Positions 1 to 8,870 of a stretch of DNA of 24,335 nucleotides are shown piece after piece. The position numbers and the translations under genes were made by a program. The stretch comes from an uncultured Gammaproteobacteria bacterium (GTDB lineage: Bacteria; Patescibacteriota; Microgenomatia; CAZUUL01). Numbering within the stretch: position 1 is the first letter of the stretch; the number at the start of each line of letters is the position of its first letter. The stretch is taken from contig CAZUUL010000002.1 in assembly GCA_964623155.1 (NCBI GenBank), positions 1 through 24,335 on the forward strand, read 5' to 3'. The notes under the pieces were generated by a model. The model saw only the letters and a program-made list of their open reading frames with translations, searched no databases and was not told the origin of the DNA.

Positions 1-844
1 GAAGGTCTTGGAAAAATAAACTCTCAAAAGCCATGCCTTCGGCCATCTCCGGCATATCCAAAGGGCCCATCGGCCGGATCGTCCGGTAAATTCCGGTATC
101 GAAAAAGTAAAACTTGGGATGGGTTACCAAGCGTCGTTTGGCCCTTTTGGTAAAGGGCGGCAAGCGGTAGCCAATGAGCAAATCTTCCAAAATAGCAAAA
201 TAATTCTCCACTACTTTCCGTTCGATGGCGGCTTCCCGGGCGACTTCCGAGGTATTGAGCACCGACCCTTGCGAAAAACTGGCAGTTTCCAGGAATCTGG
301 CAAACGCGGCTAAATTTCTGGTCAATCCCTCCTGAAAGACTTCTGTCTCAAGGTAGGTCTTTACGTAACCTTCCAGATATTTTTTGGGGTCAGTTTCTTG
401 ATAAGACGATGGTAGCTGGCCAAAAGCCAGGGAACGGCTCACAGAGAAATCTTTGCCCAGTTCTACGGCTGTCAACGGATGCATAAAATAGGTCAGAGCT
501 CTACCTCCCAGTAGATTGTGTCCCTTCCTGCGTAATTTTCTAGCACTTGAACCGGTGAGGACAAAGGGGATTTTAGCCGTTTCAATTAAGCGATGTACTT
601 CGTTCAGAAGCTCTGGGATTCTTTGTATTTCATCAATCACTACTACATCATGATAAGCTACCGGAATATAATTCATCAGCCGTTGGGGGTTGGCTAATAA
701 ATCAGTAAATACCTCTGCCTCAAGAAGATCAAGATAAACGGCATGGGGGAATCGTGACTTGACATAGGTAGTTTTGCCTGTGCCGCGGGGACCGAAAAGA
801 AAGAAGCTTTTGTTACGCAAAGGGTTTATCAATCTGGAATACAT
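1..844 (-). CDS. AAA_14/DUF4143-type ATP-binding protein, 3' end runs off the window
   Basis: Manual translation from ATG at 844: MYSRLINPLRNKSFFLFGPRGTGKTT (Walker A), VVVIDEIQ (Walker B), LTGSSARKL, KFYFFDTG. Open to base 1; absent from the ORF track because it is partial. Confidence 0.85.
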   Translation of the reverse strand, partial: MYSRLINPLRNKSFFLFGPRGTGKTTYVKSRFPHAVYLDLLEAEVFTDLLANPQRLMNYIPVAYHDVVVIDEIQRIPELLNEVHRLIETAKIPFVLTGSSARKLRRKGHNLLGGRALTYFMHPLTAVELGKDFSVSRSLAFGQLPSSYQETDPKKYLEGYVKTYLETEVFQEGLTRNLAAFARFLETASFSQGSVLNTSEVAREAAIERKVVENYFAILEDLLIGYRLPPFTKRAKRRLVTHPKFYFFDTGIYRTIRPMGPLDMPEMAEGMAFESLFFQDL

Positions 845-850
845 AATTCC

Positions 851-878
851 ATTATACATAGATTTTTGGAGTTGTCAA
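851..878 (-). promoter_or_regulatory. sigma70 promoter of the ATPase gene, probably leaderless
   Basis: TTGACA (878-873), 16 nt, TATAAT (856-851), then 6 nt to ATG. Confidence 0.65.
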
Positions 879-987
879 GTCCATTTTAAGATCCTATTCT
901 GACTAATCAACGCAGACATTAAAATCTTTGCCATTTCATTTTAAGGTTTCTAGAATAAACCCGGCTGGCACCAAGGCCTTTTTTGGG

Positions 988-1329
988 TTATATAGTTTTA
1001 AGCTTATCATGTTTTGAAAAAAATTGTCTAAATAGCCACACTAAAAGGCAGGATAAAATATACCAACTAATAATACCAGCGGGGGGGAAAAGAAGTTCAA
1101 GGAAGCTATTAAAAGACTTGAAAAAGACCAGTATAGCTGGAAAGAAGAGGATAAGTAAATAGAGTTCTACAATGACAAGCACAGAATTAGTAAGAGAACT
1201 AATCAGGGATGAAGAATTTTCCATGGTAGAGAGTTCAAGAGCGCCAATAGTTATTGATAAAGCCATCGGAAAGAGGAAAAAGATTAAAATTTTTGCTTTA
1301 TTAGGCTTTAAAAATTCTTTCCAGCTCAT
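988..1329 (-). CDS. small hypothetical membrane protein (about 3 TM segments)
   Basis: 113 aa ORF with ATG start and three hydrophobic stretches; no family recognised. Confidence 0.6.
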   Translation of the reverse strand: MSWKEFLKPNKAKILIFFLFPMALSITIGALELSTMENSSSLISSLTNSVLVIVELYLLILFFPAILVFFKSFNSFLELLFPPAGIISWYILSCLLVWLFRQFFSKHDKLKTI

Positions 1330-1440
1330 AAAATCTTAATTACAACCAGTATACCCAAAATCAGGAGGAATAATTGAGTATACTTTTAGACATCTAAAAA
1401 ACACAGAAACCTGCTACAATAAAAGTGAAACCGTTACGAA

Positions 1441-2016
1441 ATGTCACGGTTTGAAAATAGAATCAAAATGGCGTACAAATATGACATGGAGAAAAAGATA
1501 AAACGTAAGAGAATCTACGCCTTTATTGACAGCCAGAACCTACATCTGGGTATGAGCAAAGATATTTACAAAGGTAAAAAGAAGATTTACGCTGGTTGGA
1601 AACTGGACTATAAAAAGTTTAGAGAATATTTATCCGATAAGTTTCGGGTAAGTATGGCTTTCCTATTTATTGGCTACATTCCACAAAATAAAAAACTCTA
1701 CCAGCAACTTAGGTCTTTTGGATATAACCTCGTCTTTAAGCAAACAGTAAAAGATAATTTAGGCAAGGCTAAGGGCAATGTGGATGCAGAATTGGTTCTT
1801 CACGCAGCAGCCATAGAATACTCACAGTACGATAAAGCAGTAGTTGTTTCAGGAGATGGTGATTTTCGCTGCCTTTATGAGTATTTAGTCGAATATAAGA
1901 AGCTTCTTAAGATCATCATTCCCAATAGGCAGGCGGAATCCTCACTTCTTAAACCGTTTCAAAAATATAAAGTATTTTTATATCGCGAGAGACAAAGACT
2001 TGAATTTAAGCAATAA
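1441..2016 (+). CDS. NYN-domain (LabA/DUF88, PIN-like) predicted ribonuclease
   Basis: Motifs AFIDSQNL, KGNVDAELV, VVSGDGDF. The start could be a later Met. Confidence 0.85.
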   Translation: MSRFENRIKMAYKYDMEKKIKRKRIYAFIDSQNLHLGMSKDIYKGKKKIYAGWKLDYKKFREYLSDKFRVSMAFLFIGYIPQNKKLYQQLRSFGYNLVFKQTVKDNLGKAKGNVDAELVLHAAAIEYSQYDKAVVVSGDGDFRCLYEYLVEYKKLLKIIIPNRQAESSLLKPFQKYKVFLYRERQRLEFKQ

Positions 2017-2074
2017 AAATGGGAGGCGTCGCAATATGACACGTAGTCATATGGTCGTATTCTCCCTCGTGATA
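2012..2074 (-). ncRNA. candidate small structured RNA convergent with the NYN gene
   Basis: Minus strand: GGGAG...AUAUGAC-UACGU-GUCAUAU...CUCCC then AUUUUUAUU overlapping the NYN stop codon. Own promoter at 2080-2108. Confidence 0.6.
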
Positions 2075-2079
2075 ACCGC

Positions 2080-2108
2080 ATTCTAACAAAATCTCATTTC
2101 CACGTCAA
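2080..2108 (-). promoter_or_regulatory. sigma70 promoter with extended -10 driving the candidate RNA
   Basis: TTGACG (2108-2103), 17 nt, TAGAAT (2085-2080), with a TG at the extended -10 position; no ORF follows. Confidence 0.65.
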
Positions 2109-2119
2109 CAACCTATAGT

Positions 2120-2415
2120 TTAAACAGCTGTCATAAATAAGACGAAGCCTTTTTGGTTCATAGTATCTTTAGTTTTACTGTATAGTAAACGATTGAACTA
2201 CAGCATCAACAGTATCTTTAGCGATGTCGGTACTAAACTCGAGTTTGTAATCAGAAACTTCTCCTGGTTTACCGGTAAAGCGGGTAACGAGGAACATTAA
2301 TAAACCAAATTAATATTGCCAAACCAAGCAATAGAACTGGAACAATAAATATAATTATTGGCGCAAAGCCTTTTTGCGATAATTTATTCTTGCTTGCATC
2401 TAATAGCTGCTTTAC
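2120..2415 (-). pseudogene. remnants of pilin-like-leader surface protein genes
   Basis: KGFAPIIIFIVPVLLLGLAILIWF (class III signal-like), an out-of-frame C-terminal piece ending ...DAVVQSFTIQ* at 2175, and a separate stub MNQKGFVLFMTAV* at 2161-2120. Confidence 0.45.
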
Positions 2416-2499
2416 TAAACTGACGGTAGCAAATCCAAAATCTTCATCTGCTTTATCCAACCACTCTTTTACTACTTTCGGATCGGGTATATTATCCAT
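2416..2499 (-). pseudogene. truncated HEPN gene (N-terminal 28 codons only)
   Basis: MDNIPDPKVVKEWLDKADEDFGFATVSL matches the first HEPN helix (WLxKAxEDxxxA). The start overlaps the MNT stop; the frame then reads into unrelated sequence. Confidence 0.6.
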
Positions 2500-2815
2500 A
2501 GAGGATGATTCCCTTGCTTGCAATAGTTTTATTTATAAAAGGATCTTTAAGCTTAAGGCGCTGATCAAATTCCTGCTGTGTATACACAATAAAATCGCAG
2601 GCTACTTCTCTATCAATCAATCTATCAACTTCTCTTGCTCTATCTATACTTCGCTGGGGCACCTGGTCTTTAATAAGAAAAAAATCCAGATCATTTGGTT
2701 CCTCTAGGTCATTAGAGGCAGCTGAGCCGAAAAGGATTACCTTTTTAGGATGGTATTTCTCTAGGAGCTGTTGAGCAACTTTTTTTGCCTGTTTTAAAAC
2801 TTCATCTTGAGTCAT
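2492..2815 (-). CDS. minimal nucleotidyltransferase (MNT) antitoxin
   Basis: KVILFGSAA...NDLDFFLI...CDFIVYT...KGIILYG. ATG at 2815 lies 7 nt after a TG-T-TATACT extended -10. Confidence 0.85.
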   Translation of the reverse strand: MTQDEVLKQAKKVAQQLLEKYHPKKVILFGSAASNDLEEPNDLDFFLIKDQVPQRSIDRAREVDRLIDREVACDFIVYTQQEFDQRLKLKDPFINKTIASKGIILYG

Positions 2816-2880
2816 AGTTATGAGTATAACACAAAAGGGGGGCTTTATTGAGTAAATCTGAAGGTGGAGAGGAGTGGCAC

Positions 2881-2943
2881 TTGACAATTCTTCTAATTTA
2901 TCTTAAAATACTTTAAGAATTGTAACAATTGTTAAATTGTAAC
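2881..2943 (+). promoter_or_regulatory. promoter and tandem operator-like repeats of the second ATPase gene
   Basis: TTGACA (2881), 17 nt, TAAAAT (2904); AATTGTAAC/AATTGTTAA/AATTGTAAC at 2918, 2927 and 2935. Confidence 0.6.
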
Positions 2944-2951
2944 TTAAAATT

Positions 2952-4244
2952 ATGGACAATGTGCTCTCTTTAGAAAATCTAGTTCACCTCCAAAATCCCT
3001 GGTTTACCAACCGTGGAGAAGCTCCCACGGATAAATTTCTGCCTAAAAGAGTTTTTTATGCCCCATTTAAAAGTCTAGTCGCTGAAACCAAGCAAATTTC
3101 CGCTCTCATCGGCATGAGGCGGGTGGGAAAAACAGTTATCCTGCGGCAACTGCTCGCCGAAAAACTGGAAGAGCCAAAAAACCTGCCTCTATATTTTTCC
3201 TTTGACCAGGAAATTATTCCTCCCCTAAAAAATCCCCTCTCCGAAATTATCAATTACTATCTTACGAACATCCTCAAACGAAAACTATCACAGATAGACC
3301 AAACTGTTTACCTCTTCTTTGATGAAATCCAACTGATTCCGTTCTGGCCAGATACCCTAAAAAGATATTACGACTTAAACCAGAAGCTGAAATTTGTAGT
3401 GTCTGGCTCGTCAAGCTTGTTTTTGCGCGAAAGCTCTAAAGAAAGTTTGGCAGGCAGAATTTTTGAACAAATTTTACCGCCCTTAACTTTCGGGGAATAT
3501 AAAACTTCCCAAAAAGGTTCAATCACTAGTGAGACAACAGGTTTTGAGGATTACCTTAGGTATGGGGGCTTTTTTGAAGAACTAGAACTTAACGATGAGG
3601 CACGAAAAAAGGAATTCTTACGGGAGTGGGTGCTGGGTAAAGTTTTGGAGCAAGACTTGTCAAACTTGACCCACGTCAGAGATAAACAAATCTTCCGAAT
3701 ACTTTTTCAGGTGATTCTCGGTTGCGTCGGCCAAAATGTGAGTCTGTCTAAAATCGCTACGGAACTTGAAGTCTCTCCGACGACCATTACTAATTACGTA
3801 TCTCTGTTAGAGCAAACTCTCCTGCTGGCTTCAGTTTTCAATTTAGCTGGAAGTTTTATCAGACGAGAACGACGACTACGTAAAATATATCCGAGCTCTC
3901 CCAATTTCCTCACTTTTTTACCCATTTCCCCGGCAAATTTAGGCCCGGGAGTAGAGACATATGTATTTAACTATCTTAGACGTATCTATAGCCGGGGGGT
4001 CTTCTTTTTTCAGGAACGTCAACGAGAGTTAGACTTTTTAGTTCCAGAAAAAAGTCTGGCCTTGGAAGTTAAGTACCAACAGAAAATTCATCCCCAAGAC
4101 TATCGTAACTTGAGGCAAGTTATGAAAAAGAAAAAGTATAGTCGTGGCGTTTTAGTCAACAAAAATGTCAGCAGCGAAAAAACTTTCCCCGAAGGCACAA
4201 TTATTTCCCTGCCAGCTCATCAACTCGAATCAAGCCAGATTTAA
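2952..4244 (+). CDS. AAA_14/DUF4143-type ATP-binding protein
   Basis: GMRRVGKT Walker A, LFFDEIQ Walker B, VSGSSS, ESLAGR, HTH-like IATELEVSPTTITNY, C-terminal ELDF...LEVK. Confidence 0.85.
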   Translation: MDNVLSLENLVHLQNPWFTNRGEAPTDKFLPKRVFYAPFKSLVAETKQISALIGMRRVGKTVILRQLLAEKLEEPKNLPLYFSFDQEIIPPLKNPLSEIINYYLTNILKRKLSQIDQTVYLFFDEIQLIPFWPDTLKRYYDLNQKLKFVVSGSSSLFLRESSKESLAGRIFEQILPPLTFGEYKTSQKGSITSETTGFEDYLRYGGFFEELELNDEARKKEFLREWVLGKVLEQDLSNLTHVRDKQIFRILFQVILGCVGQNVSLSKIATELEVSPTTITNYVSLLEQTLLLASVFNLAGSFIRRERRLRKIYPSSPNFLTFLPISPANLGPGVETYVFNYLRRIYSRGVFFFQERQRELDFLVPEKSLALEVKYQQKIHPQDYRNLRQVMKKKKYSRGVLVNKNVSSEKTFPEGTIISLPAHQLESSQI

Positions 4245-4416
4245 GAAGAGGCTCACCACCTGAACCTTCTTCCTGTTCAAATGCAGGCTGTTATACTCCT
4301 GTTGAGCTACTGGGTAAATCTGAAGGTGGTGGATTAGAACTATTGGCGCAAAGCCATATACAAGACTATATCTGTCTACGCCGGGTGCAGACTTGTACCC
4401 GGTAAAACCATCAGCT

Positions 4417-4734
4417 TTATATAACCTTTTTGATTTCTTCTTCAAACTTCTGTTTTGGCTGCGCGCCGATAAACTGACTCATCACATTTCCCCCCTTAAA
4501 TAGCATAAATGTCGGAATACTCATCACGCCATAGTTTGCTGCCAATTCCTGATGTTCATCAACATTGACCTTGCCTACTTTGATTTTACTGGCAAAATCT
4601 TTACCTATCTCATCAACAGTGGGTTCGACAATTTTACAGGGATTACACCACGGCGCCCAAAAGTCCACCAACACTGGAATGTTTGACTTTAACACCTCTT
4701 GTTCAAAATTATCTTTCGTCAGAACAACTGCCAT
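4417..4734 (-). CDS. trxA: thioredoxin
   Basis: VLVDFWAPWCNPCKIV, SIPTFMLFKGG. ATG at 4734 gives 105 aa. Confidence 0.93.
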   Translation of the reverse strand: MAVVLTKDNFEQEVLKSNIPVLVDFWAPWCNPCKIVEPTVDEIGKDFASKIKVGKVNVDEHQELAANYGVMSIPTFMLFKGGNVMSQFIGAQPKQKFEEEIKKVI

Positions 4735-4830
4735 AGTAATTCCATTGTAACAGGTATTCTTGCAAGGGAAAAGTAGCAAGTTGATATAGCTTTGTGAACA
4801 TGCTACAGTGAAATACGTAGCCAATTTATC

Positions 4831-7044
4831 ATGAAAAACTATTTGCAAGAAATAACCTCAAAAATCAAAGACAATAAGAGGTGGTGGGTTATTCTTACTC
4901 TCTTGCTTGCTTTTTTTGTGATTGTTGTTAGTCTTTTTTCAGGCAAGAAAACCTCCTTCTTAATCGGAACACTGCCTACTCCATCTATCAAACGCCAACC
5001 CTCAAAATTCCCTACTCCCACTCCCACCCCTGCGCCTAAAGTATACATTGAAACCTATGAAACTCGTGCACCGCTTCCACTCTTGCCAGACAACGTACGA
5101 ACTTACACAATAAAAACGAATTTTTCTCCTGAAGAGGTCAAAGTAGTTGGCAATAAGCTCGGTCTTAACCAATATCAACAACCTACTCGCCAGTATGCAC
5201 TTATGTCCAATACAGACAACCCACAAAACTACGGATTGTTGGCATTTAATCGCACCAGCGGCGAAGCAGTCTTTCAGTCCTATGGCAATCATAGAATAGC
5301 ATCAGCAGAGCAGGGAGAAAAAACAGCTATAGCCCAAGAATTTCTTTCCCATCTTGGGCTGATTGATACCACCGTTGTCTGTCGCTGGAGCTATGAGCGA
5401 AGAGATATCCCGCAGGTAACATTTGTTGAATGTCGAAGAGATTGGAGTTTGGTTGGTTTTCCAATTCTCAACCCAGAAGGTGTACTGAATATTTCTGAAA
5501 CGACACCTCTAAGTCAGATTGTTCTGGGACAGACAACAAATACCCAGACCAATGACCCAGGAAAAAACCGGCCGAACGAATTTAATACCGCCACCGTTGC
5601 CATCAATCAGGACGGCCACATCCTCGGCTTTCACTCTAATATTCGGCAAATTGTAGAAACGCATGACATTTCATCAAATAATAACCTCCTTACCCCAGAA
5701 GAAGCATTGACTAACTTTCAAAACCATAAAGCAGCTCGCTCGCTCATCAGCGTAGCGGGTTTGGGCTATACCAACTACAATCTTGTTTACCCTAACAATC
5801 AAGCCAAGGCCCAAAAAGCAACCATCACCGATTTTATCCTCTTTTACCCAGAAAAACTTCCCAAGTTTCCCCAAAGCGCTCTTGAACCATACTATCTGGT
5901 GCGAGGAACAAGCCGTTTGGATTCGGGGTACCTTGCTAATTTTATTGAAGTGGTAGCTGCGCTAAAGAATAGCAAATCAATATCAGACTTTAATCTTCCA
6001 TCTCAAGGACAGGTTGCTGGTGCCACGTTTGACGTGGCTGGTGTTTCAACCTCTCTTGCTCAAGATGAACGAAGTATTAAGTTTGAATCATTCGAACCTA
6101 CTACGAATCCATCTCCACAGCCAACAGATACTCCACCCAGGCCAACACCAGCAACAACCACAACCTGTGATGTCAACACTAGTCAATTCAATCCAGTCAT
6201 CGAAGTTGAACCAGGCTTACGGATTGGTGTTATTGCTGATCGCGGTCCAGCCAGCATGCAAGGTCCGACCCTTGCACCCTCACAATTACCCTTTGCAGAT
6301 ACTGCCTGGTATTATCTCCCAGGAACTGGGGTAACCACAGAAAACCAGCTGCGGCAAGATATCGAACAGATTGCCAATTTTCTACTTTCTCAACCCAATG
6401 TCCCCCAAGGCTACCGATTGTTTGATTGGTCGGTGATTCTACAGACATTTTTGAACAATATGGCAGCAGGTTTCAACCAATGCCCAATCCTTATTAGCGG
6501 TTGGTCACCGACTCTTTTTGTCTCTGGAAAACCCCATACCCAGCTGACAATTCGTGTCAATAGCAACCTCACCTATGTGGATACACCAGCAAGTGATGGT
6601 TGGTGGCATGTCAGGGTGCAGGATAATAGTAGTCTATCAGTCAATGGCTTTAACCGACCATTCCTCTACTATGAGTATGAACCAGTTCAGTTTAGCAGAC
6701 CAAAAACTGGCTGGATAATACAAAAAAATGCTATTAATCAATTTGCTAAAGATCTATCATCCCAATTAGCCCTCTTACCCCAAGAGGCGGACAGACTTGT
6801 CTTTGAACTTAATCACGCTGCATATAATGTAACTTCAGATATGCTTTTTATTGGTCTGATTGATCAGAGAGAAATTGATGAAAAACTCCCTTTGACCATT
6901 TCTCCTCCACCCGAATCAGTCAAACGCCACCATTTCTACGTTGGCAAAGCAGATGCTCAAACAGCTATCCAATCTCCTATCCTTACTCCTGTTGAGCGAA
7001 GAGGATTGACATTGCTTGAGTTGGGAGCCAATGGGCATCCATAA
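4831..7044 (+). CDS. large membrane-anchored surface protein (paralogue 1): TM, P/T linker, extracellular domain, Cys-bounded variable segment, C-terminal KPVIYLYP-type domain
   Basis: N-terminal TM; clear homology to 7044-8537, 17932-20076 and 23510-end; C-terminus has FLYYEY, GWII, IDEKLPLTISPPP as in the uncharacterised KPVIYLYP-type domain. Confidence 0.75.
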   Translation: MKNYLQEITSKIKDNKRWWVILTLLLAFFVIVVSLFSGKKTSFLIGTLPTPSIKRQPSKFPTPTPTPAPKVYIETYETRAPLPLLPDNVRTYTIKTNFSPEEVKVVGNKLGLNQYQQPTRQYALMSNTDNPQNYGLLAFNRTSGEAVFQSYGNHRIASAEQGEKTAIAQEFLSHLGLIDTTVVCRWSYERRDIPQVTFVECRRDWSLVGFPILNPEGVLNISETTPLSQIVLGQTTNTQTNDPGKNRPNEFNTATVAINQDGHILGFHSNIRQIVETHDISSNNNLLTPEEALTNFQNHKAARSLISVAGLGYTNYNLVYPNNQAKAQKATITDFILFYPEKLPKFPQSALEPYYLVRGTSRLDSGYLANFIEVVAALKNSKSISDFNLPSQGQVAGATFDVAGVSTSLAQDERSIKFESFEPTTNPSPQPTDTPPRPTPATTTTCDVNTSQFNPVIEVEPGLRIGVIADRGPASMQGPTLAPSQLPFADTAWYYLPGTGVTTENQLRQDIEQIANFLLSQPNVPQGYRLFDWSVILQTFLNNMAAGFNQCPILISGWSPTLFVSGKPHTQLTIRVNSNLTYVDTPASDGWWHVRVQDNSSLSVNGFNRPFLYYEYEPVQFSRPKTGWIIQKNAINQFAKDLSSQLALLPQEADRLVFELNHAAYNVTSDMLFIGLIDQREIDEKLPLTISPPPESVKRHHFYVGKADAQTAIQSPILTPVERRGLTLLELGANGHP

Positions 7045-8537
7045 TGAAGATACGTCTTATAATTGTTAGTAGTCTGTGTCTTGCTGTGCTTATAACCTTG
7101 CTTGTAAGCCAAACCCCACCTTTCTCTCCCCGTCTTAGACGCCTATTTTTTTCCAAATCGCTTGCTCCATACCTTGCTGATATGGTTCCACCTTCTCTTA
7201 ATTTTGATAATAAACCAAACAATGTTCCCGCTGCCCAGCATCTAGATATCAAACACTATATCCTTCAAACTTCTCTACCCAAAGCAACTGATGCCAGCAC
7301 CATCTATGAATTTAAACACTTGAAACGCGAGGATGCCATAGATTTTGCTAAGCGACTGCTGGGAGAAAACCCTAACGTCCGCGACCAAGGCCAAGAGCTT
7401 ATCATCAGCTCAAAAGACAAACAAGATGCAATACTGGTAATTGACCAAGTAACTGGTATGTTCTCCTATAAAGCCAAAAATCCTCCCCCTGTCCTGTCTC
7501 TTCCCAAAGACGGCAATCCTGCTGCTGTAGTAGCTAACTATTTACGGGAAAAACAATTAATTGATGATACGGTTGCTGCCACAGCCTACTATCGAACAAG
7601 TCAAAACTCGCAGGCTTTCTTTGTTGAATTTCACCGACTGTGGGAACACGTAGGCGCTCCCATTATCAACGTTGCCGGTATCCTCAATACTTCTCTTCCC
7701 CTGGATAATCTCTCGCTCACTTTTTATGATAACAACCAAACAAGCGATCAACCTCGGCGCAACGGGTTTAATACCTTAACAGCCATGGTGAGTGATGATG
7801 GAAGAGTGCTTGGCATCACTTCAACCTTGCGTACCATTGCAAAAAAACAAACTCTCTCGGCTTCTGGATTCTCACTTCTTGATCCGCAAAAAATTATTGC
7901 TGAATTGAAAAAAAATGGTTTTCTTTTAGGCTATGCCGTAGCAAAAAGTCCCTCTAGCTCATTTACCAATCTTTACTCAAATAATCAAGTCAAAATCACT
8001 AATGCCCATATTACTGATATTGTTCTTGTATATGAAGAAAAACCTCTCGGTGTTCCAGAGCGATTTCTTATACCTACCTATATTATTCGCGGCACAGGGA
8101 CTAGTGAAGCAGGTGAGACGGCATTTACCCAAACTGTCCCAGCCCTTGAGGTTGAAAGTGCTTTTCCTCCTCCGGCAGAAGCCCAAACCCAAGCTCCAGG
8201 GTTAAAATTTGGCAGCTATGATCCAGAATCAACTCGGCTTAATGAGGAAGCAAAAACTCCTGAGATATCTCCTCCACTGATTGCTGTTTCGCTGCGTTCA
8301 CAAACAGCTGGTTGTCAGGCAATTGATCAGGCTACGAATATGACTTATGATCCAAGCGATCGTCTTTTTGTGCCTGGAATCGGAACGCTGGTCATGTTTC
8401 GTTCAATCCCTCCCATAGCTAACCAAGTCTTTTTTCAATCACCGACTCCCAACCTAGTGGCTAATGCCCAGGGATTACAAATGACAATCGAAGGTATCGA
8501 AATCACTTCCCCCTGCCTAATCATGCCGGCAAATTAA
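7044..8537 (+). CDS. membrane-anchored surface protein (paralogue 2) lacking the C-terminal domain
   Basis: Start overlaps the upstream stop (TAATG); shares FVEFHRLW, PIINVAGILN, RRNGFNTLT, PTYIIRGT with the paralogues. Confidence 0.75.
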   Translation: MKIRLIIVSSLCLAVLITLLVSQTPPFSPRLRRLFFSKSLAPYLADMVPPSLNFDNKPNNVPAAQHLDIKHYILQTSLPKATDASTIYEFKHLKREDAIDFAKRLLGENPNVRDQGQELIISSKDKQDAILVIDQVTGMFSYKAKNPPPVLSLPKDGNPAAVVANYLREKQLIDDTVAATAYYRTSQNSQAFFVEFHRLWEHVGAPIINVAGILNTSLPLDNLSLTFYDNNQTSDQPRRNGFNTLTAMVSDDGRVLGITSTLRTIAKKQTLSASGFSLLDPQKIIAELKKNGFLLGYAVAKSPSSSFTNLYSNNQVKITNAHITDIVLVYEEKPLGVPERFLIPTYIIRGTGTSEAGETAFTQTVPALEVESAFPPPAEAQTQAPGLKFGSYDPESTRLNEEAKTPEISPPLIAVSLRSQTAGCQAIDQATNMTYDPSDRLFVPGIGTLVMFRSIPPIANQVFFQSPTPNLVANAQGLQMTIEGIEITSPCLIMPAN

Positions 8538-8540
8538 GAC

Positions 8541-8578
8541 TCCTTCCGAGGTGTCCTAGCTAGTACACATCGGAGGTG
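8541..8578. repeat. CACC-N5-GGTG doublet repeat, copy 1
   Basis: TCCTTCCGAGGTG, 12 nt (TCCTAGCTAGTA), CACATCGGAGGTG, starting 4 nt after a stop codon. Confidence 0.6.
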
Positions 8579-8651
8579 TATGGACCTCTAAACCGTTATT
8601 ATAGACCCCTCAAGGACTTGTTGCTTAGGTCATTTTTGTGGTATATTTAGG

Positions 8652-8870
8652 TTGATGAATATTCTTTACACACAACAAACCAGAGATTTTCAAGGCAAGT
8701 ATTTGGCGGTGAGTAAAAATAAAATAATAGCTTCAGGGAAAAGCGCGGCAGAAGCATTTAATTCGGCAAAAAGAATTCTGACCAAGGGTAAAAAAGTAGA
8801 GGGAGTTTACTATATTCCGCGAAAAAAAGATTTACTTACCGCGCTATGCGCTTTCCCTACTACCAAATAA
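8652..8870 (+). CDS. small DUF5678-like protein
   Basis: FQGKYLAV...KIIASGKSAAEAF pattern; overlaps the downstream protease gene; TGGTATATT just upstream. Confidence 0.65.
   Translation: MMNILYTQQTRDFQGKYLAVSKNKIIASGKSAAEAFNSAKRILTKGKKVEGVYYIPRKKDLLTALCAFPTTK

Noticed and set aside
2356-4355. 15-bp identity TATTGGCGCAAAGCC near 2356 and 4341 (both read GFAPI on the minus strand)
   Set aside because: Flanks do not align; the 4230-4445 ORF has no TM after the motif, so it is not called a pilin gene.
4289-4403. TGTTATACT followed by a hairpin at 4380-4403, a possible small RNA
   Set aside because: No -35 or downstream U-tract on +; the hairpin is adequately explained as a terminator between the convergent ATPase and trxA genes.
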